A stretch of 32,000 nt of DNA, taken from positions 3,090,001 through 3,122,000 of the forward strand of contig NZ_CP042905.2 of the NCBI RefSeq assembly GCF_008000775.2, written 5' to 3'. Each line of letters opens with the position of its first letter. Position 1 is the first letter of the stretch. Of this stretch, positions 23,215 to 32,000 are shown piece by piece. The stretch comes from Promethearchaeum syntrophicum. Its GTDB lineage: Archaea > Asgardarchaeota > Lokiarchaeia > Sigyniarchaeales > Promethearchaeaceae. A model generated the notes under the pieces. The model saw only the letters and a list, made by a program, of their open reading frames with translations. It was not told the origin of the DNA and ran no database searches. A program made the translations under genes and the position numbers.

Positions 23215-24282
23215 TTAGTTGATTTCTCCTGAATTAATATCTTCTTTATAGGATATAATTATCTCATCTAATAAAGATTCTAACCAAATTGGTAATTGTA
23301 AACCTCGAATATACCTTCTTATATTAAATCTTTTGCCTTTTCGTTCTGGAAATTTCTGCATTCGGTGTTGAATATATTCGATAATTACATCTTTTTTTAT
23401 TGCATCAACCAAAGGTTCAATTAAATCACTATTATTAAAGACATCTAAAGTTTCTTGAGCCACTATAGATATATCTCGCGCAGGATGATTTAATACACTT
23501 ATTATAGCAGGAATTGATTCTGGATCTTTAATTTTTGACAAAGATTCAAGGGAAATCCACACCAAATCTTTATAATTCGATTTACAAAGATCAATTAGAG
23601 GTTTTACTGCAGATTTGCATTTAAAATCACCCAACATATAAGCAGCTGCGGCTTCAACTTCGATAGCATCATCTTCTAGCATTGAAAGTAATTTATCTAT
23701 AATTTGAGGGTATTTATAATGACCGGCGCTTAAAATTGCATTTTCTTTTACTTTAGGATTAGGATCATTAAATGCTTTTAAAAAAATTGGAATTGAACTT
23801 TTATCTGCCAACATCCCAATTGCATCTATTGCATAGAATCTATCTTCCCAATTTTCAGAATTCATAAAGGATTCGAGCGCGTTTGAAGCGGAAACATCTC
23901 CAATATTCGCTAAAGCTGCCATAACACAATATCTCACATCTTGATTTTCATCATTTAATGTATTAATTAATGAAGCAACTATTCGTTTATCCTTTGTACC
24001 TCCAAGAATTTCTGCTGCGTGCTTTTTAACTTCATTATCTTCATCTTTTAATAAATTCGAAACAGGTAATACAATATCTTCGCTAAAAAAATCCGGTTGG
24101 AGAAAAATATCTAGAATGGTCAATTTTACATCAACATCAGGAATTACCAAGGCTTTAATTAAAGATTGCAAAGCCTCTTTTTTTGAAGGATGATTGCTTA
24201 AAGCATAAGCTACTTGTATTTGTTCAAGCGGATTATCACTGCCCATCAATTTCTCAAATAAACTTTCCACACTTTCATCCAT
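23215..24282 (-). CDS. HEAT-repeat (PBS-lyase HEAT-like) protein
   Basis: There are repeated units of about 30 aa of the type D-x-(D/N)-x-x-V-R-x-x-A-x-x-A-L-G (e.g. DENQDVRYCVMAALANIGD, DPNPKVKENAILSAG). Confidence 0.75.
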   Translation of the reverse strand: MDESVESLFEKLMGSDNPLEQIQVAYALSNHPSKKEALQSLIKALVIPDVDVKLTILDIFLQPDFFSEDIVLPVSNLLKDEDNEVKKHAAEILGGTKDKRIVASLINTLNDENQDVRYCVMAALANIGDVSASNALESFMNSENWEDRFYAIDAIGMLADKSSIPIFLKAFNDPNPKVKENAILSAGHYKYPQIIDKLLSMLEDDAIEVEAAAAYMLGDFKCKSAVKPLIDLCKSNYKDLVWISLESLSKIKDPESIPAIISVLNHPARDISIVAQETLDVFNNSDLIEPLVDAIKKDVIIEYIQHRMQKFPERKGKRFNIRRYIRGLQLPIWLESLLDEIIISYKEDINSGEIN

Positions 24283-24380
24283 TCTAAATTATTTTCACTC
24301 TTAGATTTTAAATATTTATGGTTGTTAACCATGAAAAAAAAATTTCTTTAAGAATAAAAATAAAGTATAAATGGAAATAA

Positions 24381-25322
24381 ATGGCGGCAAATATTTGGAT
24401 AATTTCTATTTCATTACTAATTCTGCTTGTCGGATGCCCATTATTGGGAAGACTTCTTTATGGTATGAAAAATAAGCAAGCTTTTGCTTTTTACGGCGCA
24501 ATTTCCCTCGCAATTACAATTCTCTTATTTTTCCTAACAAATCACATTTCTCTAGATTCCGTGTTTAGTGAATGGGGAGATTATTTTTCCCATATCGTAG
24601 ATCCTTTGGGAATTGTTTTAATTACAATAATAGTATATATTACTGCAGGAATAGGTCTTATTGGAGGTATTTTAGAATTTGTGGGTGAAAAAACCGAAAC
24701 TGCAGAAACTTATAAGCATTTTAAGAAATTTACCAAAATCAAGTTATATTTCTTCTATTTTATATATGGTTATATTTTCTTATTTGCTATTTTTTCGTTT
24801 TCTCAGTTCCTGATCATATTTTTACAATGGGAATATAAAATATCTTGGGATTTCTTAAACGAAACTCTGACTTTTATGCAATTAAATAGCATTTTATTAC
24901 CAATTCTGGGAAGCATCCTATTTGGAATTAAGATTTTCTATTCAGGTTTCTTTTCCTTAGAATTTTATAAAAGTGAATTCGATCCTTCTATGATTAAAGT
25001 TGGTCCGAAAATGAGGTTCTTCAGACACATAATTTCATGGTTTTTTGGAACTTTAGGTGTTTTTGTAGGAATTTTAACATTTTTCTTGGAATATTATGAG
25101 AATACGGCAGATTTAAATCTATATCTGGGAAAATCATTTTTCTTCTTGGCCGCTACAATTCAATCTATTCTATTTTACATATTTAAAGACAGATATATTG
25201 ATCAACTTAAGCCATTGAAGAAACAATATGAATTAAAACCTGGAAAAGGAGTCACCACATTGCTCGATAAAGATGAAAAATCTATGGAAGATCATGACTC
25301 TGAACTTAAGTTTGATGATTAA
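24381..25322 (+). CDS. polytopic membrane protein, function unknown
   Basis: 313 aa with about 7-8 hydrophobic helices and an acidic C-terminal tail. Confidence 0.55.
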   Translation: MAANIWIISISLLILLVGCPLLGRLLYGMKNKQAFAFYGAISLAITILLFFLTNHISLDSVFSEWGDYFSHIVDPLGIVLITIIVYITAGIGLIGGILEFVGEKTETAETYKHFKKFTKIKLYFFYFIYGYIFLFAIFSFSQFLIIFLQWEYKISWDFLNETLTFMQLNSILLPILGSILFGIKIFYSGFFSLEFYKSEFDPSMIKVGPKMRFFRHIISWFFGTLGVFVGILTFFLEYYENTADLNLYLGKSFFFLAATIQSILFYIFKDRYIDQLKPLKKQYELKPGKGVTTLLDKDEKSMEDHDSELKFDD

Positions 25323-25514
25323 TTTTTGTTATATAAAGGTAGCCGTATGCTTTAAACTACGTGATTATTTTTTTCTTCAATTTCTGGATTAGATTACACT
25401 TTATATTAAAAACAAATTTCTTTTCAATGATTTGTAGGAATAATAAAATAAATTTCTTCAAAAATCTACCCTTTCTAAAAGCTTATATATATGGAATGAA
25501 ATTAGTTATATATG

Positions 25515-25525
25515 CCAATCATTGG
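25515..25525. promoter_or_regulatory. perfect palindrome CCAAT-C-ATTGG just downstream of a TTATATAT TATA-like box (25506-25513); candidate MarR operator
   Basis: Read directly from the sequence. It lies 47 bp upstream of the MarR ATG. An AGGAG Shine-Dalgarno motif is at 25557-25561. Confidence 0.3.
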
Positions 25526-25571
25526 GACACACAATTATTTTAGATCGCAATAAATTAGGAGAAATAAATTA

Positions 25572-26033
25572 ATGGCACTTTCAGATAAAGAATACATACA
25601 AATCAATCAAGCACTGCATTGTTTGACACACGCATATGAATCGCGCATGAATAAGGAAGAACAACAAAATCCATCTGGGTTAACTCTTTCTGAACGTGCA
25701 GTACTGATGGTATTGGGGCAGTTTATTAGCCTAAATTCACGTCAATTATCGGATATAATGGATATCAATCCTGGTACCATTTCGGTATACGTTCAGAGGC
25801 TAATCACAAAAAATTTGATTCAAAAGGTTCAGGATCAAGATGATCGTCGTAATTGGTTGCTGAATCTTACTAAAATTGGACAAAATATTTACCAAGAGAT
25901 AATAGCAGGTACAGTTTCGTATACTCAGGATTTTTTATCCACACTTTCTGAAAACGACCAACGTTCATTGCACCAATTGCTTCTGAAACCGTTGCATAAT
26001 TTAGGATTCGATTGGGTTATGAATACGAATTAA
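25572..26033 (+). CDS. MarR-family transcriptional regulator
   Basis: LTLSERAVLMVL...SRQLSDIMDINPGTISVYVQRLITKNLIQKVQDQDDRRNWLLNLTKIGQ is the canonical MarR wHTH. Confidence 0.85.
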   Translation: MALSDKEYIQINQALHCLTHAYESRMNKEEQQNPSGLTLSERAVLMVLGQFISLNSRQLSDIMDINPGTISVYVQRLITKNLIQKVQDQDDRRNWLLNLTKIGQNIYQEIIAGTVSYTQDFLSTLSENDQRSLHQLLLKPLHNLGFDWVMNTN

Positions 26034-27334
26034 TAAATAAATGTGATAAATTGAGCAACATGAAAAACAATTTTGGATCCATATGGAAAGTTCGGTTTTT
26101 TAGCCTTTGGACCGGACAAGCATTATCATTAATGAGTAGTGAATTAGTGCAATTCTCGTTAATTTGGTGGCTCACTGATACAACCAGTTCAGCGATCGTG
26201 TTGGCCATCTCTACCTTAATTGCATTACTCCCTAAAGCGATATTGGGACCATTAATAGGGGCATTAACGGATCGTTGGAATCGTCGTGTTGTGCTGATCG
26301 TATCTGATATTGTAATTGCTCTTAGTTTGCTCTTTTTAATCTTTAACTTTTCTATTGGCAAAGTTCAAATCTGGCATATTTATGTTACTATATTGATTCG
26401 TGCAATCGGTGGAACATTTCACATGTCGGCAATGTTAGCATCAACTTCGCTAATGGTGCCACAAAAATATCTGTCGCGAGTTGCTGGGATGAATCAAATG
26501 ATTAACGGTATTATAATGGTAGTAGGACCTCCCATAGGTGCATTATTAATCAATCTGATGTCGATCAGTAATGTTCTCCTTATCGATATAATTGGGGCTA
26601 TTATGGCTGTATCACCTCTTCTATTTATATCAATCCCAAAACAACAGAATAAAACATCTCTTGCTAGTGCAAACTCAATATGGAAAAATATTCGGGAAGG
26701 GTTTCGTTATATCAAACAATGGCACGGCGCAGTTGAGGTACTTACAATATCAACTTTAATCAATTTCATCATGCGTCCAGCTTTTAGTTTAATAGCGATT
26801 TTAGTACTGAATCAATTTGAAGGAAGTGAACTTGAGTTTGGTTTCATGGGAGCTGCAATAGGAGCTGGTTTCTTTTTAGGTGGTATGGTTTTAAGTTTTT
26901 GGGGAGGATTTTCTCGAAAAATGCAGACTTCATTAACAGCTATTATAGGTGCAGGATTAGCACTTTTTGTTGTAGGTATAACCCCAACAAGTGGATTTAT
27001 CCTTGGAATAGGTGCAATTTTCACTGCTGGATTTATGATGCCTCTCTGTATTGGCCCAATAGAAGCCTTAATTCAGAGCTCCGTGGATCCATCGATACAA
27101 GGGCGTATATTCTCAATAATTAACAGTGCATCCACATTTATATCACCGCTTAGTTTAGCAATTGCGGGAATAATTTTCGATTCTTTAGGTTCACAGATTT
27201 GGTATCTATATGGGGGAATCTCAGCTGTAATAATTGGTATTATAGGATTTACTCAACAGAAAATCATAAACTTTGGATGTTCACAAATTTCTTCCTATAG
27301 TGTTAGGGAAATAAAAACAACTGGGTCAATTTAG
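26012..27334 (+). CDS. MFS efflux transporter (DHA3/EntS-like family)
   Basis: 12-TM protein. FRSLWTGQALSLMSSELVQFSLIWW is typical of the MFS_3 (macrolide/enterobactin exporter-like) N-terminus. The likely true start is ATG 26060, which removes the overlap with MarR. Confidence 0.85.
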   Translation: MGYEYELINKCDKLSNMKNNFGSIWKVRFFSLWTGQALSLMSSELVQFSLIWWLTDTTSSAIVLAISTLIALLPKAILGPLIGALTDRWNRRVVLIVSDIVIALSLLFLIFNFSIGKVQIWHIYVTILIRAIGGTFHMSAMLASTSLMVPQKYLSRVAGMNQMINGIIMVVGPPIGALLINLMSISNVLLIDIIGAIMAVSPLLFISIPKQQNKTSLASANSIWKNIREGFRYIKQWHGAVEVLTISTLINFIMRPAFSLIAILVLNQFEGSELEFGFMGAAIGAGFFLGGMVLSFWGGFSRKMQTSLTAIIGAGLALFVVGITPTSGFILGIGAIFTAGFMMPLCIGPIEALIQSSVDPSIQGRIFSIINSASTFISPLSLAIAGIIFDSLGSQIWYLYGGISAVIIGIIGFTQQKIINFGCSQISSYSVREIKTTGSI

Positions 27335-27370
27335 GATAATAATTAAGATTGATGTTTAATTTTTCAAAAT

Positions 27371-27871
27371 ATGGAAGCAATAGAATGTATAAAATCTCGA
27401 AGAAGTATTAGAAAATTTACGAAACAACAAATTCCAAAAGAAATAATTTTAGAAATTCTTGAATGTGGTAGATGGGCACCTTCTGGAGTAAATTATCAAC
27501 CATGGAAAATTTTTGTTATAATGAAATCTGAATTTAAAAAAGATTTGGCTAAATGTACGAAATATAGGAGCATCATTAATAATTGCTCAAGTGTTTTTCT
27601 AATATTTTTAGATAAATCCATTGAATATAACTATACTAAACAAGTTCAATCGGTTGGAGCATTTTTTGAAAATCTTTTGCTAGCTATTCATGCCCTTGGA
27701 CTTGGTGGAGTATGGATTGGCGAAATAATTAATCAAAAAGATGAAGTAAACAAACTTCTCGATATTAAAGATCCAAAATTCGAATTTATGGGAGCAATCG
27801 CTTTAGGGTATCCCGAAGGAATTGGAAAAAGTTCAAGAAAAGAGCTAGAATCGTTTGTTACTTGGATTTAG
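27371..27871 (+). CDS. nitroreductase-family FMN oxidoreductase
   Basis: IKSRRSIRKFTKQQIP...ECGRWAPSGVNYQPWKIFVI is the nitroreductase N-terminal signature. Confidence 0.85.
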   Translation: MEAIECIKSRRSIRKFTKQQIPKEIILEILECGRWAPSGVNYQPWKIFVIMKSEFKKDLAKCTKYRSIINNCSSVFLIFLDKSIEYNYTKQVQSVGAFFENLLLAIHALGLGGVWIGEIINQKDEVNKLLDIKDPKFEFMGAIALGYPEGIGKSSRKELESFVTWI

Positions 27872-27971
27872 ATATTTCTATATAAATATCAAAATGGGGT
27901 ATTTTTGCCCAATTTTTTATATTAGATGATCATTTTCATTCAATCTGTTTTACTTTTTCAAAAAACTTTTT

Positions 27972-29495
27972 TTGAATTATCGCATTTCTTTATTTATGAG
28001 TTCTGACATATTATATGATCTTATTTTTATTGGCTCTGGACCAGGTGGATATCATGGAGCAATAAGAGCTTCTAGTTATGGTGCGAAAGTGGCTTTAATA
28101 GAAAAATACGAACGTTTTGGAGGAACATGTAGCAATTGGGGCTGTATTCCAACCAAAGCTCTTTATTCATCTGCAAGACTTATTGCAGAAATTAAGAAGA
28201 AATCAAAAAAATTCGGTATTAACATCAACGGTGGTATGACACTAGATTTTTCCAAAGTAGTCGAACATAAAAATAACGTTGTAAAGGAATTAACTTCAGG
28301 AATCGCCCAACTTCTAAAAATGAAAAAAGTAGCAATTTTTAATGGCTTTGGTTCATTATTGAAAGGTGATATCTATAATAATTTTGAAGTTTTAGTCAAA
28401 AATGGAGAGACTGAAACTATTATTAAAGGTAAGCGTGTCATTTTAGCAACAGGTTCTGCTCCCGCTGATATCCCTGTATTTAATATAGATCACAAACAAA
28501 TTCTAAATTCCGATGATATCTTAGATTATAAGAGAGGCTTGACCGAAGCGCCAAAATCGCTTATTATTATAGGGGGAGGAGTAATTGGATGTGAATTTGC
28601 AAATATTTTTGCGGAATTTGGAACGAAAGTCACCATTTTAGAATATTTACCCAGGATTTTAGCTACTGAGGAGAAAATAATTGTTAAACAACTGAAAAAA
28701 GAATTTAATCACTTGGGAATTGAGATTTGCGAAGGAAAGAATGTTCTTTCAGTAAAATCTGATGGAGTAGAAGTTACTGCGGTTACTTGCGATGCCACTA
28801 TACCTCGAGATCAACTAAAAGATGCCGAGACTCAGATTTTCAAAGCAGAAAAATGTCTTGTATCAATTGGGCGAATAAAAGTATCTGAAGGGCTTGGATT
28901 AGAAAAATTCAATATTAATCTGCTAAGAGGTGCAATCCCGGTAAATAGAGAAACAATGGAAACTCCATTTACAGGGATATATGCCATAGGAGATTGTACT
29001 GGATTGCTAATGCTTGCTCATTTTGCATCCCATCAAGCAGATATTGCGGTAATAAATTCCTTGAGTAGCATTGGGGGTTTTGAAGATGTATTCCCGCAAA
29101 AAGTTGATTTTTCAACTGTTCCCGCTACTATCTTTACACACCCAAATATTGGTTCTGTTGGACTTAGACATAAAGAAGCTAAAGAAAAATATGGAGAATT
29201 ACTCGTAGGACGTTTCTCCTATGCAAGTTCTGGAAAAGCAAAGTGTATGGACGAAGAAGACGGAATGCTTATGGTCATTGTCAATAAATGGACTGATAAA
29301 ATTGTTGGAGCTTCTTGTATTGGTGAAGCAGCACCCGAATTAATTTCAGAAATATCAGTTGCCATGCGATTAGGAATTACAGCCCATCAATTAACAAGTG
29401 TAATTCATTCCCATCCAACGTTGTCTGAAATAGTATTAGAAGCAGTTGAAGATGTTCACGGAATGGCAATCCATAAAGCGGGTCGACGAAGATAA
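27972..29495 (+). CDS. lpdA: dihydrolipoyl dehydrogenase (class I pyridine nucleotide-disulfide oxidoreductase)
   Basis: FAD motif GSGPGGY, redox-active disulfide GGTCSNWGCIPTK, NAD motif GGGVIGCEF, and C-terminal HSHPTLSE. The tracked start is TTG; ATG 27996 (MSSDILYDLIFIG) is the more likely start. Confidence 0.85.
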   Translation: MNYRISLFMSSDILYDLIFIGSGPGGYHGAIRASSYGAKVALIEKYERFGGTCSNWGCIPTKALYSSARLIAEIKKKSKKFGININGGMTLDFSKVVEHKNNVVKELTSGIAQLLKMKKVAIFNGFGSLLKGDIYNNFEVLVKNGETETIIKGKRVILATGSAPADIPVFNIDHKQILNSDDILDYKRGLTEAPKSLIIIGGGVIGCEFANIFAEFGTKVTILEYLPRILATEEKIIVKQLKKEFNHLGIEICEGKNVLSVKSDGVEVTAVTCDATIPRDQLKDAETQIFKAEKCLVSIGRIKVSEGLGLEKFNINLLRGAIPVNRETMETPFTGIYAIGDCTGLLMLAHFASHQADIAVINSLSSIGGFEDVFPQKVDFSTVPATIFTHPNIGSVGLRHKEAKEKYGELLVGRFSYASSGKAKCMDEEDGMLMVIVNKWTDKIVGASCIGEAAPELISEISVAMRLGITAHQLTSVIHSHPTLSEIVLEAVEDVHGMAIHKAGRRR

Positions 29496-29541
29496 AATCT
29501 TTATTTTTTTTATCCTTTCTTAATTTTTTCCCTCATACCAG

Positions 29542-30408
29542 TTATGACAAATTGCCTGAATAAAAGGGATATAAGGGATTAATTCCAAATTTTATTATCC
29601 AATACAAATTGTAAAGAACAACAAATATCGTACTTATTAATAGAGTCAACAATAACGGATATTTCAAAGGATTTACTTTTTTAAACGCAATGAATGTAAT
29701 CGTTACAATAGTCGCGATGAGATGTAATAATAATAATATAAACCCACTCTCCCCTTGAATAGCCGCATATCCATCAATTACAGAATAACCCAAAGAAAAA
29801 AATATGATTAACACTAATTCATCAATCATTATTGGTTTTTCTTCATCTAAAAGCTGTTCTGCCACCAAAGCGATTATTAAATATCCAAAATATGTAATAT
29901 GTATTAGAGTATGCCCAAACCATTCATCCATGAACCATGCATAAATGAACATTTCCTTATATTCACTATTTAATGCAATTCCATGTGTCGAATCAATTGC
30001 ATTTACAATTTCAAATCCCAAATGTGAAAAATGGCCCATACAATTTAATATGATTAATACTACCACACCAATTTCAATCGCAAATATCATTATCTGGTTT
30101 TTTCGTTCATTAATATCAACCTTACTCAATAATTTTTTCATTAGAATGTAAAAAATAACTCCAAGAATTGGACCCAAAAAAATAATTTGTAAAAGATAAT
30201 TCCATGAAATATTCGCGTATTGGGTATCATTTGAATAATTCACATTTACACTTAATTGAAATGAACCATATCCCACATACCTGGATAAATATAAGAAAAA
30301 TCCAAGTGGAATGAGAAAAATCATTAGAAACCAAATACCATTATGATATTTCTTTATTCTCTCCTTTATCTTCTTAGATTTCTCTTCTTCATTTATTACC
30401 AAATTCAA
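29542..30408 (-). CDS. polytopic membrane protein with conserved-looking His clusters, function unknown
   Basis: 288 aa with about 7 TM helices. Motifs include MGHFSHLGFE and WFGHTLIHITYFGY. The start codon is TTG. Confidence 0.5.
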   Translation of the reverse strand: MNLVINEEEKSKKIKERIKKYHNGIWFLMIFLIPLGFFLYLSRYVGYGSFQLSVNVNYSNDTQYANISWNYLLQIIFLGPILGVIFYILMKKLLSKVDINERKNQIMIFAIEIGVVVLIILNCMGHFSHLGFEIVNAIDSTHGIALNSEYKEMFIYAWFMDEWFGHTLIHITYFGYLIIALVAEQLLDEEKPIMIDELVLIIFFSLGYSVIDGYAAIQGESGFILLLLHLIATIVTITFIAFKKVNPLKYPLLLTLLISTIFVVLYNLYWIIKFGINPLYPFYSGNLS

Positions 30409-30668
30409 GTTTTTTCACTTCTTCTAAAGTAACATACCACAACTTATAATAAAATTCGATCTCACATCAAATAAGATTTTCCCCTCATGATAAAGACGGC
30501 ATTGCTCCATTCTGATTTTTTTCTCTTCTAATGAAAAAAGTTATAAATAAATTACTTGAGAGTTATATGTAAAGGATTTTAGGAAATTTACTAGTTTCAT
30601 TAATTAATAGAATTAAATTACGGATGACATAAATGAGTGAACAAGAATGAGGTTAAACGGAAAAAATA

Positions 30669-31985
30669 ATGATGGGGGATTTAATATTGGCGGATAAAAT
30701 CAGCGCTTTTACCCGTTTTTTAAAATTTCAAGTGTTAATTATTGGTTTTATAAAAATGGGAGAATTCGTATTTTTCTTTTTTGAACAAAATTATATCAAT
30801 TTATATGTTGAACAGATTTTGGGGAAAAGTGAATATTATGTCTCTTGGTTAGTCTCCCTTAGTGCCGTAATGGGTATAATTTTTCAATTTGTTTGGGGTG
30901 TTATCAGTGATAATACACGGTCAAAGTATGGTCGAAGGCGTCCATTTTTTATCTTTGGAGGATTCCTTGCTGGGATATCTATGATTATATATGCGTTTTC
31001 AAAAAGCTATTGGTTATGTTTAATTTTAGACGGAATTATTATTGCTATTGGCACCAATGCTTATCTCGCTGCAGAACATTCTCTTATCCCGGATATATTT
31101 GAGAAAAAACTACGAGGGAGAGCAAATGGTATTATTTTTGTAATGGGTAATATCGGAATGGTTATTGCTTTAGCCCTATTTCTTATTACTGAAGAAATTT
31201 TTGGGTATGAAGGACCTCAAGGAGGGACCATTCTTGAATCAACAGGTTTTATATTATTACTAACAGTTGGAGGTGCATTTATCATTATTGGAGGTATTCT
31301 TGGATTTTTATTCGTTCGGGAAAAACCTACAGATGAACTTCAACCGAGAAAGACATTTAAAGCCGAAATGAAAGAGACATTTAGAGTAAGTGAATTAAAA
31401 AACCATAAGGAATTTGGAAAGAACATTTTAGCAAATATGGTTTTCAGAATTGGGTATTCGACTATTATGCCGTTTCTTTTCAGTTATATTTTCAGTTTGG
31501 GAATGGATTTAGTTGAACTTTTAATTTCCATAATGGTTGTATCATTTCCATTAGTTTTTATATTTACATACGTAATTGGGGTATTAAGTGATAAATATGG
31601 AAGGAAGAAATTCTTGATTATTACACTTTTTATTATGGCTTTAGGATTGAGTTTAGTTCCTCTTATTGGCGGACCAAGTGATTACAGTTATGCTTTGATC
31701 CTCCTTTGTTTTCCATTTATTATGATTACCCTTTTGGGTTTTGATGCTCCTATGAATTCTTGGACTCAAGATTTATTACCAGAAAATAAACGAGGACAAT
31801 TTATTGGAATAATGAATATAACCATGAATGTCCCCCAAATAATCGGTTCCTTTATAGCTGGTTATGTGGCTATAGAATACGGGAAACAATGGATATTTCC
31901 TACAGCAGGTGCATTCTTAATACTTTCGATCCCCTTTTTCCTTTGGATCAAAGATACTCTTGGTCCGAAATCAGATCCCGAATAA
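30669..31985 (+). CDS. MFS-type transporter (GPH/SLC45-like)
   Basis: 12-TM protein. GVISDNTRSKYGRRRPFFIFGG is the GPH-family loop motif. Confidence 0.8.
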   Translation: MMGDLILADKISAFTRFLKFQVLIIGFIKMGEFVFFFFEQNYINLYVEQILGKSEYYVSWLVSLSAVMGIIFQFVWGVISDNTRSKYGRRRPFFIFGGFLAGISMIIYAFSKSYWLCLILDGIIIAIGTNAYLAAEHSLIPDIFEKKLRGRANGIIFVMGNIGMVIALALFLITEEIFGYEGPQGGTILESTGFILLLTVGGAFIIIGGILGFLFVREKPTDELQPRKTFKAEMKETFRVSELKNHKEFGKNILANMVFRIGYSTIMPFLFSYIFSLGMDLVELLISIMVVSFPLVFIFTYVIGVLSDKYGRKKFLIITLFIMALGLSLVPLIGGPSDYSYALILLCFPFIMITLLGFDAPMNSWTQDLLPENKRGQFIGIMNITMNVPQIIGSFIAGYVAIEYGKQWIFPTAGAFLILSIPFFLWIKDTLGPKSDPE

Positions 31986-32000
31986 TGTAAAATGAGCATC

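Noticed and set aside
25361-25543. 60-codon plus-strand ORF upstream of MarR
   Set aside because: It has a GTG start and Phe/Ile/Asn-rich low-complexity sequence typical of AT-rich intergenic DNA. It overlaps the putative MarR promoter elements.
26017-27123. ORFs 26017-26361 (-), 26812-27024 (-) and 26899-27123 (+)
   Set aside because: They are antisense or alternative-frame ORFs inside the 12-TM MFS gene.
29945-30151. 68-codon plus-strand ORF
   Set aside because: It is antisense to the 29542-30408 membrane-protein ORF, which is much longer and has a consistent TM pattern.
1-32000. Search for tRNA, rRNA, SRP RNA, RNase P RNA, CRISPR arrays and mobile elements
   Set aside because: I saw no GC-rich islands of RNA-gene size and no T-loop-like GGTTCGAATCC motifs. 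There are no regularly spaced direct repeats. No transposase, integrase or terminal-inverted-repeat signatures were seen on either strand.

Overview
The window is a visibly AT-rich archaeal chromosomal segment (roughly one-third G+C by eye, not computed). I found no rRNA, tRNA, CRISPR array, transposase or integrase.

Core block, 2.2-8.3 kb. This holds archaeal DnaG primase and then, on the minus strand, the widely conserved archaeal cluster S19e, PDCD5-like DNA-binding protein, L39e, L31e, aIF6, LX, prefoldin alpha and FtsY. A SecE/Sec61-gamma gene is appended to that cluster. L39e was hand-translated because it is too short for the ORF track.

Remainder of the window (accessory or peripheral genes):
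- a ClpB C-terminal fragment at the left edge
- a membrane protein and PadR pair
- a DAG-kinase-fold lipid kinase
- a surface-anchored C13 (legumain/GPI8-like) cysteine peptidase
- a MacB/FtsX-type ABC transporter
- a 976-aa Ski2-like helicase with extra zinc-binding modules
- three MFS transporters
- a polytopic-membrane EEP phosphoesterase fusion
- a cupin
- a HEAT-repeat protein
- a block of MarR, MFS, nitroreductase and dihydrolipoyl dehydrogenase
- several uncharacterised membrane or secreted proteins

Most notable sequence-level observations:
1. The S19e gene has no canonical start codon. Its only ATG sits one base out of frame.
2. A promoter-proximal ORF is split by an in-frame TGA. It lies between the divergently transcribed C13 peptidase and the ABC transporter, and a GC-rich hairpin sits just 3-prime of it.
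3. An 864-bp ORF-free, extremely AT-rich spacer next to dnaG contains perfect palindromes.
4. The helicase has an unusual domain architecture.

No clearly defined novel multi-gene system can be demonstrated from sequence alone. The peptidase, small ORF and ABC grouping is offered only as a hypothesis.
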